From positions 28,768,001 through 28,832,000 of the forward strand of contig OX597817.1 of assembly GCA_951406725.2 (NCBI GenBank): 64,000 nt of DNA. Direction: 5' to 3'. Each line of letters begins with the position of its first letter. The first letter of the stretch is position 1. Position numbers and translations under genes: made by a program. Shown here piece after piece: positions 25,475-37,104 of this stretch. The DNA comes from Octopus vulgaris (taxonomy: Eukaryota). The notes under the pieces are model-generated. The model was not told the DNA's origin. It made no database searches and saw only the letters and a program-made list of their open reading frames with translations.

Positions 25475-27140
25475 TATCATTGTCATTTATGGTTTTCTTT
25501 CATTATTACTTCGTTTAGCTGCCTTAATACCAGGCATCTTCTGGAGGCCTGAAGTAGCAAGGGCATTTTTGTTTTGCTATGCATGCTAAAATTATCATCA
25601 AATTCATTCTATTTTAGATGAAAAGTGCTTTCCATAGTATATGGGCTGTACCCATCAAGGTTATCTTTTGGAGTTACCAGGGAGGGGCTTAATATACTTC
25701 TCAGCTACCTTCTTTATCAGTCACAACACACCAATTACTACTGGTATTATCGTAGTACTAAGCTTCCACATTTTTGTGATTTCAGTTTGCAGATCTTTAT
25801 AGTGAAAATGCTTTTTGTATTCCTTTCTTGAGACATTTTGATCTTGAGGGACAGACATATCTATTAACAGACAAGTTCCTCTATTGTAGTCCTTGATCAC
25901 AATGTCTGGTCGATTAGTCAATTTTTTGGTCTGTTTGTATTGGGGAGTTCCAAATGATGGTGACACTCTCACCATTTACTACTTCCTCTGGATGGTACCT
26001 GTACCATTTATCATGGGATTAAATTTTGTAGTATTTACAAGAATTCCAGTAGATGTACAGCCCTAGTCTGTCATGTCTTATGAGGTACTCCTTTTCAGTG
26101 AGGACTGGGCTGTCAGAAACAACATCATCAATTGTCTCTGTGAATTTTCCACAAATTCTACATAACGGGTCAGATCCATCTTTAAGGACATTTGCATTGT
26201 AGTTTCTGGTAGGTAAGTTCTGATCTTGTACTGCAATAACAAAACTTGATATTTTTACTTGTTTCATATACATACACAAACTAACATGTTTTTTTTTAGA
26301 TTAATTATTTATTGTTCCTTATTTTCCCACTGCCTTCGGTACCACTGTAACTTCTATAACCTCTGCATTTTCACTTCTTCATTTCAAAATTCTTTGAATT
26401 TTTAATCTAATGTAATCCACACTCTCTTGAAAATATATTTCTGCAAAATGTTACCTAAAATTATAGCTAAAGGAAGAAATAGCAAAAAATATTTGAAAAT
26501 GGGGTGAAATTTCTGCAGGTTTCACCCAACCCTACCCCATTTTCCAAACCTCAAAAAGGATTTTGTAGCATATTAGGAGGTCACTGAAATTCAGTCAATG
26601 GAAAAAAAAAATTCCCAATGATTCTGAGATATGGGGACCCTCCCTCTTTTATTTCGAACAAAAATAAGGAGTTTGCAGCATATTAGGAGATCTGAGTACT
26701 TGATTCCATGCAAATAATCCGAGTTTTTTTTTTCTTAGTGAGAATCATGCAGGTGAAGGGATCAACATTTACTGTTTTTTGCATCAATGATAGGTTTGTC
26801 ACTATTTGTATCTTGTTGGTCTTTCTGATTGTTAATTTCTAAATCAGGAGAAACAATGGTAGGTCTGTCAGTATTTGGGTGTCTTTGGTCATTCTTATTG
26901 TTAACTTATAGGTCCAAGAGACTTTTTAAATTTCTTACTAAGCTTTGTGACTGAAGCTTGCTTGGAATCTTCATGCTTCATTGCAGTTCATAAGAGCACA
27001 TCACTTGTTGTTTTAAGGTATGTTTCAAGGCTTATTATTGCTGATTTGAAGGATTGTTTGAGCTGTATCAGGCTTCTTCCACATATTTTTTCTTGGGAGA
27101 CAAATCCAGTCTTCATCTGATTTTGGATGTTCTGGGTTCA
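25475..27140 (-). mobile_element. Second R4/Dong-type LINE 3' part (zinc knuckle plus restriction-like endonuclease), interrupted at about 26290-26720
   Basis: ORFs AVQDQNLPTRNY..CRICGKFTETID..EYLIRHD and NRPDIVIKD..LIDMSVP..IIPVVIG; ends MGTAHILWKALFI*; an upstream GRSLIQL motif lies near 27070. Confidence 0.82.
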
Positions 27141-27503
27141 CTACTACTTATATCTTACTTATGTAAGTTTGACTTGCACCAATTTGTTAAAGGTCTTTAA
27201 CATCCAACTATCCTACTTTAATGCTAACATACCAGTTCTTTACTGTCTGAAAAAAAAAGAGGAAAAAGTAACAACCCATCATGCACAATAATGCAAGACT
27301 TAGTTTATGAATGGCTCTTCATTGAAGAAATGCAAATAAAAACTGATAGAAACTAGAAAATAATGACAGGAGAGAGGCAATGATGCCTGCATTCCCAACC
27401 CATAAAAATTAAGAATAAAATTATTGTTACTACTTGTTTTAAAATTAATATGTAATGTAACATAGATAATGTTTTTAACGATATTTATTTTTGTCTTTTA
27501 CAG

Positions 27504-27533
27504 ACGGATTTGTGATTTCTGATAGCTTTAATG
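27504..27533 (+). CDS. Candidate 30-nt symmetrical (phase 1-1) micro-exon, xGFVISDSFNx; host gene unknown
   Basis: Branch-like TTTTAAC, acceptor tttatttttgtcttttacAG, donor ATG/GTAAGG; only one of three frames is open; sits in a repeat-poor stretch. Confidence 0.4.
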
Positions 27534-27645
27534 GTAAGGATATATTTTTGCAATTATTTCCACATTAAATTTTCAGCTAAGAATTGACTAAACAACAATA
27601 TAAGTGTAAAGTTTGAAACTGAAACCATATCGATAAATTTGTTGT

Positions 27646-27763
27646 CTAAAGAGAGTTATTATACAATATTATTAACACACACACTGGTTCAATTCTACTC
27701 CTTTATTATTTGTCGTTGAACCAGTGCATGTGTTGATAATATTGGCATAATGACTCTTTCTAG
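27646..27763. repeat. Imperfect inverted repeat, ~47-bp stem with 23-nt loop
   Basis: ctaaagagagttattatacaatattattaacacacacactggttcaa pairs with ttgaaccagtgcatgtgttgataatattggcataatgactctttctag. Confidence 0.85.
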
Positions 27764-30215
27764 CCACAAAAAAAAATTGTTTCAACACACAAATTCACAT
27801 AAAGAAGCTTGCAAACCAGATACAAAAGCAAAGTAATGTTTGATAACTATTTTCATAATAGCAATGATCAGTCCATAATATTTCAAGATACATATTTCAC
27901 TTTGGAGATGTGTTCTGTGATGAATATACTGACATTAATTCTGATGGGTGATATAACGAATGAGTTACTCATTGTGTTATTTTACATAATATGAATTAAC
28001 ATTTTCTAGCTTTGAATTTTAGACAACTTGAATTAATAGTTTTTAGAATATCCAACATTATTTTAAAACTTTCACATATTTCAAGTATGGTAGTTCTGTT
28101 AAGTTGTGGTTAAACTTAAAGTAAACTCTTAAGTTGTATAGATCAGCTGCTTATAAATAAACTAGTCATTAATTAGGTGAGAACACGACTGAATAGTGTA
28201 ATTTGCACTTTTGTTGGGGTTTTTCTTGTAGTTTGTCATTAGCTATTTATGCACAGCACAAACATAATCAGAAGAATTGAAGTAAATTTTAATATTTCAA
28301 AGTCTCACTGTAAGTTAAGTAAGAAAATGTATGTAAACACATTAATGATGAGCTGTCAAAAACACAAGTGTGCAAATTAAGCTATGCACTAAAGTAGTAC
28401 AGCAATTTGTGACTGCTTGAAAGCAGTTATTTCTTGCTTGTCATTGAGGAAGGAAGATACATATGTTTTCTGAGGAGTGGTCAACAAACAATGAAATATT
28501 TTGGCAAGAGACTCCCCTCATTTTTCCCCATTTCAGTACTGTTGAGTGAATGTATTTATAATATTTTTAATACACAGTGAGGTTTTATAATATTTAAAAT
28601 TACCCCAGTTCTGATTTACACTGTGTTGGACATAAATATTTCATATTATGCTACATGATCATATCACTATTGGGCATGGGTTCTTGAAACGCAGATACAA
28701 CTTCTAGATATTGATGCTGAGTCTAATACTTCTTCAGCAAAACCAAAGTTAGATCATACCAATATCTAACTATTGGATGAAAATATATCTTTATTTACAT
28801 AATTCTCTAGACAACCCAGTTCAGGTTCAACAGTTAACTTTTCTGCTTTCATAAACTTGGTAAATATTTTTTGAAAATTTCCCGTTCTTACATTTAGTGT
28901 ATTTAAATATAGACAAGTATTATACTGGCCAAAATATTTATCTCTCAAAACTGTGTTTATAGGAATAGAAAGCTTTTATTTTTAAGTGGTTTCAATATTT
29001 AAGAATCACTAATCTTAATTATTCCATTTGATTGGGAAAAGAAGAAGGGTACATCCTCTGAGGAAAGATCAACAAATTGTGAAATAGTCTGTCAGGAAAC
29101 TTCATTTTTTTCCATGCTAATGAATACGCTTATATTTTTATTCTAATTCAACAAATAATGAAGTTTATTTTTTATATTTCAAAACTTCTTTTGATTTATG
29201 CCATATTGTGCATTTGGAAATCCGCTTTAGTTTTTTTTTTTTTTTTTTTTTCATATTTCAATAGTATAGAATGTGTATGTTTATTGATACACTCTAAGGC
29301 TTATGATTTCTAAAATTATTGCAGTAATTCTGATTTATCCTGTGTTGTGTATAAATATTTTGTATTACAAATTGGCCACAAACCTTTGAAGAGCAAATTT
29401 AACAGCTTTCAGATTTTGATTCCTCCAGTAAAACCAAAATTAAAGTACACTCTTCTTGAGTTTAAAAATAATTTCTCATCATAAAATTATATATCCTTTG
29501 AATAATTCACTCACACAACCACAAACAAAGTGTAATTTCTCTTGTCAAATCTTTTCATTTTGTCAAGTTTATAATTCTTTTAAGAAAATCTCAGTTTATT
29601 ATATCTGTGTGAGGATATTTCCAGAAAATATTATGTTACCCAAAGCATATGTCTTTGAAAATTCTCTTTTGAAGTGTTTTCGATATTTATGATTCTCTGG
29701 TCTTAATTATTCAATTTGACTGTTTACGAGAAAGAGAGTTTAAGAATTTATCTGGTTTTAAGTCTGTGTGGTAATCCTATAGACGGATATATTACCCCAT
29801 TTTGTTAAAATTGCATTCTCTTTTTAATGAATTGACCTGGCAAAATATAGATTATTCCTGTCCTGAATAATTCTTTAAATGGACAAAGACTACTAATTAA
29901 ATAACGATAATATACTAACAAACTTGTCATATTTATAGTATATAATCACTGACATCAATTGCTTAATCAACTAATCAGTATGTGTTTATGGCTCTAGTCC
30001 AATGACTGAATCAGTAAAAGCATATATATGTGGGCTTGTATGAGCGTGTGTGTACATATATACATCTACATATACTTGCATACTTGTGTATATGTATATG
30101 TGTGTAAGTGTATGTATATATTTATATAGTTGGGTGTGTGCATGCATAGATAATTGTGTTTATGTATACAAGTATTAGTGTATGTCTCTGTATTTATATG
30201 GTGTGTGCATGCATT

Positions 30216-30276
<61 letters not shown>

Positions 30277-30327
30277 ATGTATATCTGTAACAATTATGGA
30301 ACTCTTGTAAATTAATGTTATTATCAA

Positions 30328-30724
30328 CTAGCAGTATCGCCCGGCGTTGCTCGGGTTTGTAAGGGAAATAACTATTTAAGCATTTTTAGAGAGTTATAGC
30401 CAAAAATTAGCAAAAAAATGCATTAAAAATGGAAAAAAAATTATGGTAAATTTTTTTAAAATTGTTGACTCATCGTAGACATTTTTAGAGAGTTACTTCC
30501 CTTATATAATAGCGAAAAAATGCATTAAAATGGAAAAAAATGATGGTAAATTATTTTTTAAATCGTAGCCTCATTGTAGACACGCGCTAATACCCAGAAG
30601 GGCTCGATATGAATCACGACTACAAGATACCCGGTTTTGGTAAAACTGCACCGCAAAATGTGAGAGTAGTTAGAAATCTAAATCATAGGAGACAGACACA
30701 TAACTTCACTTTTATATATAAAGA
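30328..30724 (-). mobile_element. Non-autonomous Helitron
   Basis: On the minus strand starts TC, ends with hairpin CCCGAGCAACGCCGGG then CTAG; inserted between A and T with no TSD; internal ~120-bp duplication. Confidence 0.9.
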
Positions 30725-31329
30725 TTTCAAGAATGTTCTAACTTGGGTGTCTCTCTTCACATAGGTGTGTGTTTTCACACGAACATTGACAAAACACCTT
30801 GATGGTGAGAGTGAATCATTGTCTTTAGATATATACTTTAACATACAAATAGTTTTGAAACAAATGTTAACATGGATTGACACGCGTTCTATAATTGTAA
30901 AAAAAATAATACTCATAATATTGAGTGCTCCTTATTTTGAAATTTGAAATTTAACTGATCCAATGTTTGTGTGTATTATATGTACACATATGGACACACA
31001 CACCACTTAAGTTTCATGGCTGTGTGCCTATCCGACCTCCATCTGAAATGTAGACTTACCTCTTCCTATTTTGATGGGTTCAACAAATATACATACTTGT
31101 AAAAACATGGAAGGATGATAAATAGGAAGAGATACTGGCAGCAGGGAATTGAAAGCGGCATAATTTGCCTATTTCTCAGTTGAGCTATGATTATTAAATT
31201 TTTCATGTAAATTTCTAGGAAATACCATGTTTATATTGCTTTTGTACTTATGTCTGTCAAGTAGAGAATTTGTTGTTTCTTTCCTTTTTTTCTATTTTTT
31301 TGTTGTTGTTATTCTTCATTTTTGTGATG

Positions 31330-32560
31330 ACTGGTTTGGAAGTGTTAAAATCATTCTGAGTGTATCTTCAATGTGTGTTATGTGTGTATTTATTTCTAGT
31401 GGAGAATGCTCAGTATACACTTGGGTAAGGGCTGTCTTAGGTAAGCATTATGCTGGTGTAAGCAAGATTTTCCAGTTGATTGGCTCATATATGTCAACCT
31501 GGGGGAAAGTAATAAAAAAAAAAAAAAAGTTGCCAAAGTCCTTCAACTTATCCAATATATCTGCTTCTCCATTGTACAAAGCTGACGTATCCTTAATCCT
31601 TTTGTATATATTCTGGATCTCTTCATAATTCTCTACCTGTAGTTCATTTTTTTGCCTGAGGCTATCATATTAATATACTTTTTTCTAATTTTGCTTTGTT
31701 AAGGGGTTCTTGAAGGGTGTTGTCCTTTCATTCAGGTTCACTGGGTGTTGTATTTGTCGTTGATCAGCTTCCCCCTTGTTTATCTCTATATTGTTTTTTA
31801 TACCCAGGTGTTCTGAAGTTGTTATATTGCTTACCATTGGCTCATTCAGTTTTCTTTCTTTCTCTGCATTTATATTACATAATTGTATCATATTTTGCTA
31901 AACCTTTTTAATTTATTTATTACTTATAGTTGGTTCAGTAGTTGTTTTGTGTCTTCCTACTGATTATATCATTAATATACTGCTTTGGTAAAGGTCTTAT
32001 TCTCTTTCTGAAACTGTTAATTAGGTTTGAAGTTGTTAAGGATATTTTAAAATATGCTTGTTATAAATTTGCTGTCTCTAAATATCATTCTTTCTTTTGA
32101 ATTATTTTGTTATTTTAATGGTGTTGGCAGTGTGGTGTCTCCACAACTATTTCTTCAGTTTTGCATCCTCTGGTATTTACCCTTGTTTGCATTTAAAATC
32201 ATTTCTTAAAGTGTATTTATTCTGGTGTCAGCAATTTGAAATTACCTCATTGTTTCTTTGAGTAGGCATAACTTCTATTGATAATTATATAATATTTCTC
32301 TGTTGTCTACAGGGAACATGATTCAGAAACATCTGTGTAAGGTTGGCTGTTTATTATTGCTCACTTTATATTTTTATATTATTTTTCCTTAAATCCTCAA
32401 TATGCTTTGACAGATACATTGCAATTAATTTACAAGTGTGAACCTGACCAGTGATAACAATTACCTGTGAATTGGCAAATGAAATAACAACTATAAACAA
32501 TGATGTATTAAAACTACATAAAAAAATGCAGCCAATAAAAATTACAACCAATGTATTTAA
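31330..32560 (-). mobile_element. Highly decayed LINE remnant, probably R4/Dong-type N-terminal region
   Basis: Strong T-skew on + strand and weak motif echoes (NWK..) only. Confidence 0.3.
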
Positions 32561-32589
32561 AATCACATTCAATGTTTGATGAGTTGATA

Positions 32590-33378
32590 AAGGACTGCTA
32601 TGTTTGGTAATTTGCTGTGCTTGAGAAGACCCATTCAGCTAAGAAAATTGAAGCCATAAAGACATGTCATTTATGTCCAGGCACAGAATCTAGCCTTGAA
32701 AAACCTTTCTCCCACAAACCATCTTCCCTTATTCTGCCACTCAGGTTCATCATTTACTATATTCCTCTTCCCTCTATCTCTCTGTTTCTTTTCATACCTT
32801 CACAAACCTACCTGCACACGTGTCCTTGCTTTGTCTCTTCTTCACAACATACCCTCCTAACACAACCACCTTCTATTTATATCCACTCACTACATTCTTC
32901 CCTTCCCTCCCAACTCCCATTTTTCTTCACAATCTTGTGAGCTTACCCACCTGCTCACCCTAACTAATCCTTGGTTCCACTAATACACACCTTTTTGTAA
33001 CTTGAGTGTACCTTCCCCATCACCATCTTCTCTCTCTCCATTTTCAGTAGCCATGTATCTCTTTTACTGCAAGACACCCATTTTTGTTCCTCTATTCATT
33101 TTCTAGACCCTCATCACCTAGCACAAAGCCACCTCAGTTGAGGGGTGTTGTCTTGCAAATCACTTGTTGACCTCACAGTCGCAGGTGCTACATAAAAAGC
33201 AATTAGTACACTCTGTAAAATGGTTGACACTAGGAAGGGCATTCAACCACAGAAACCATGCTGAAGCTAATGGTAAAATTTGGCACAGTCTTGTGATTTA
33301 CCAGCTCCTCCCAGACTATCAAACACATGCCAGTATGGCAAACAGACATTAAATAATGGTGATGATGATGATGATGAT
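32590..33378 (+). mobile_element. RTE 3' UTR remnant with (TGA)n tail
   Basis: GCTGTGCTTGAGAAGACC start, CT-rich body, TAAAAAGCA, TAGGAAGGGCA, ends TGATGATGATGA. Confidence 0.7.
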
Positions 33379-34784
33379 TCTTACCTGAAGTTTGCAGTTG
33401 TGAGAAACTTGAACTGCCTGCAAAGGGCTTCAGGCTAATAAAACAATATACTCTGTAACATGTATTGAGTATTTGCCATTTGTTGACTAACAGTAGCGTT
33501 TGAATATGTATGTGTGCACATGCACGAGCATGTGCACAGCTTGTATCTTTATCTGTTATATTCTTCTTCATCTCTTTTAGATTTATCTTTCAGTTCACCT
33601 GTATTGTCTCACCAACTATATCTTCTCGTCTATCCATATGTATTAAAGATACTTTAGCAAACCAATTTATAGTTCAGTAAGTTTCCCAAATAAACTACCT
33701 CATACACTTACGTTGCAATGATGAAATAAAAATAAAAATAAGTAGTTTAACTGCATAATACTCTATATTTACCTATTTAAATTGTAAAGTTGTCTTTATT
33801 TTTGCTGTTGAATTTTGTATTTTTTTTTTTTTAATATTTCCCTTGACACATCTGTAATTAGGATTTTGGTATTGATTTTAGGTTTCAATATTCACTGTAA
33901 TGTTGGAAAATTTCTCATGCGCTGTCTTCTTGTAGTGTACAGAGCAGACCTATTATTATACTTTATTCTTCTTCCAGTAAAATATTGATGCTATTTCACT
34001 CTGACTTTTACATCTTCTCCCACTTAGCGTCTCTATGAGTTTTTTTTTTTATTCGTTTGTCTGTTTATTCATCCATCCATCCATCCAGCCATCCATCCAT
34101 CCAAAAAGTAAGAAATTGCATAGTTGTTCAAACAATAGCCATTGAACAGAAGAGGAAGTGAGATAGTGGATAGTGATACAGAAAATAATGTGCTCTAGAA
34201 GAAAACCCAGTTCAAAAAGATGAAAACAGACAAGAAATGGGAAATGAGAAAGAATTGCATTTTGAGAAAGGAAATGGGTGGAGTAGAGAATTAGAGAAAT
34301 TGAGAGAAAGACAGAGTGAGATAAATAGATAGGTAGACAGGGGAAAGATTGCAAGGCTTGGAAGAGGAGGAAAAGAGGGAAGGTCAGAAAGACAATGAAG
34401 CAGAGAGAAAGACGACCAAACACTGTGAGAGAAAGAAGTGTAACTACAAAGAGAGAAGGGGAGCAGAAGAAAGATTTTTTAACTCATGTGAAGAATATAA
34501 ATGCATAGTTGTGTAAGAAATATGTGTGAGTTTGTGATCACAAGCTCTACTCTCACACACACACACGTGTGTGCGTGTTCGTATACACACATTATTGATA
34601 ATGACAAGGGAAATGTGCCCCAGGGTCACACTTTGCATGTAAACTAGACTATAATGCTGCTTCTATCATAGTTTGTATAATAAACTCAGTAATTTTACTT
34701 GATAAATTTTATAATATCTACGTACACTAAAATTTTTATCTTTCTATTGCATTGTCTATCTACCTAACTTTTATCTGAGTGTTT

Positions 34785-34856
34785 ATTTGTCTGTCCATTC
34801 ATTTGTCTGTCTATCTGTCCATTCATTTGTCTGTCTATCTGTCCATTCATTTGTCC
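34785..34856. repeat. 24-bp minisatellite, about 3 copies
   Basis: atttgtctgtctatctgtccattc repeated. Confidence 0.75.
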
Positions 34857-35044
34857 ACCCAGCCTCAATACTTTGTATAGTAAAGAAGTTTGTTTTCAGA
34901 AACATGATAAGGGGTGCCGTCCCATTGCATAAATGTTGTCAGCTGGCATTTTTGTACTAGTGCTGTTAGTCAGCCAATACACTCTGAATGAAATTAGTAA
35001 AGAGAGACTGTAAAAGTTTACTGTATATCTAAAGGCAAACCTGT

Positions 35045-35562
35045 GTGAACTTGGTAGTTGGTTCAATCCCACTGCATCGTTCCTTGGACATGTGTCTGCT
35101 ACTCTAGCCTTGGCCTGAATGAAAGCCTTGTGAGTAAATTTGATAAATAGAAACTGAAAAATGCCTTGTATATGTATGGTTATGTGTGGAGGTTGTAAGT
35201 GTCAGTTTGTGACTCTCCCTTTTGATGTTGTGTGGTGATTGTAAAGGAGCTTCAATGTTGTATAAGCAGTGTCATTCATTTCTACTCTTCCATATATACT
35301 TGTCTGTACATGAAGAAATATTACCTTGTATGGAAACAGGTGAGAGTAGGCAATGGGAATGCTTTAAAAAATTTCATGTAACCCATGCAAATTGGAAAAG
35401 ATAAACATTTAAATGATGATGGTGATGTGTATATGCGTAGAAACAAGTGACAGTTGGTAAAGGAAGAACATCCGACCTTGGAAAATCTACCTTGACAAAT
35501 TTCATCTGAGCCATGCAAGCGTAGAAAAGTGAACATTAAAACATGATGATGATGGTGATGAT
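35045..35562 (+). mobile_element. Old SINE with family-1-like head and duplicated RTE-like tail
   Basis: GGTTCAATCCCACTGCA..AAAGCCTTGTGAGT head, then CCATGCAA..GAAAAG..(TGA)n tail present twice. Confidence 0.6.
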
Positions 35563-35629
35563 AATATATATTGTGTGTATATGTATACATATACATTTAT
35601 GTACATATATGTGTATCAAAAATTTGTTA

Positions 35630-36940
35630 TCTATGCTGATGACCTTGTTCTAATAGCCAAGTCACTACCAGAGCTAGAGACTTAAGTTCAGGGCATGGAA
35701 ACAAGGTCTTGAATTGAAAGGCCTTAGAGTCAACCTAGCAAAAACCAAAGTCCTAATAAGTAGCAAGGCAGACAAATCACAAACCTCTTTAGGTAGATGA
35801 CCCTGCTTAATATGTATAAAAGGTGTAATTAGAAAGTCCATAAGATGTACCTGGTGTAAGCTATGGACACATAAGTGGTGCAGCAATATCAAAGATAGGT
35901 TAACCGGGAAAGTTGTTTTTGTGTGTGGTAGATGCACAGGGACAATAAACACCAAAGACATACAGAAAACAGATTCCATCACATGACAGGGGGTAAAACT
36001 AGAAGTAGTTGATAGCTTCCACTAACTAGTCAACCAAGTCTGTAGGGGAGGTGGATGCTCTGAGAGCATAGCTGCTAGAATAAGAATTTTCTGGAAGTTC
36101 AGAGAGCTCCTACCCCTGCTGACATTTAAGGGCCTCTCGCTCTGGGTGAAAGGTAGACTATGATGCATATGTGCAAACTGCCATACTACACAGCAGTGAA
36201 ACAGGGCCATGACTGCTGAGGCCATGCGTAGGCCTGAAAGAAATGAACCTAGTATGATCCACTGGATGTATATATGTCAGTGTGCATACACAACAGAGTG
36301 TAAGTGCCCTGAGAGAAAAGTTGGACATAAGAAGCATCAGATGTGGTGTGCAAGAGAGATGACTGTGAAAGTATGGTCATGTGTTACATATGGATAAGGA
36401 CAGATATGTGAAGAAGTGTCACACCCTAACAGGTGAAGGAATTTGTGGAAGAGGTAGATTCAGGAAGACATGGGATGAGGTGGTGAAGCATGACCTTCAA
36501 ATGTTGGGCGTCACAGAGGCACTGACAAGAAACTGAGATCATTGGAGATATGCTGTGATTGAGAGGACCTAGCAAGTTAAGTGAGATTGCAGCCATGGCC
36601 AATGCCAGTGTTGCATGACCAGCTCATTTAAAAGTACCCTTGAATCGTTAGGCAATATGATATGCTTGAGAAGACCAGTAGAGTCAAGTAACATCGAAAT
36701 CGCACCATCTGAGCATGGTCAATGCCAGTGCCCCCTGATTTGCTCCTGGGCCAGTAGCATATACAATGCACCACCTGAACATGGTCGATGCCAATGCCCC
36801 CTGACTGGCTCCCATGCCAGTGGCACATAAAAAGCACCCTCTACACTCTCGGAGTGGTGGGCATTAGAGAGAGCACTGGCTTGCCAGAACTCAGTCAAAC
36901 CGTCCAGCATGAAAAGCATATGTTAAACGATGATGATGAT
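35630..36940 (+). mobile_element. 5'-truncated RTE (BovB-like) LINE: RT C-terminal half, 3' UTR repeats, (TGA)n tail
   Basis: YADDLVLIA..KGLRVNLAKTKVL, LEVVDSFH, KGRL*, GRGRFRKTWDEVVKHDL; several stops and frameshifts. Confidence 0.93.
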
Positions 36941-37037
36941 ATTAGTCATTGCTAATAAAGCATGTATTATGATTATGCAATTTATGATAATACAATAAAT
37001 AGATAAACTAATTATCATGTTTTATTCTGGTTTCTGA

Positions 37038-37104
<67 letters not shown>

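Noticed and set aside
32313-32336. 24-nt + strand AG..GTAAGG micro-exon-like segment
   Set aside because: Poor exonic donor context and lies inside a probable decayed LINE; likely chance
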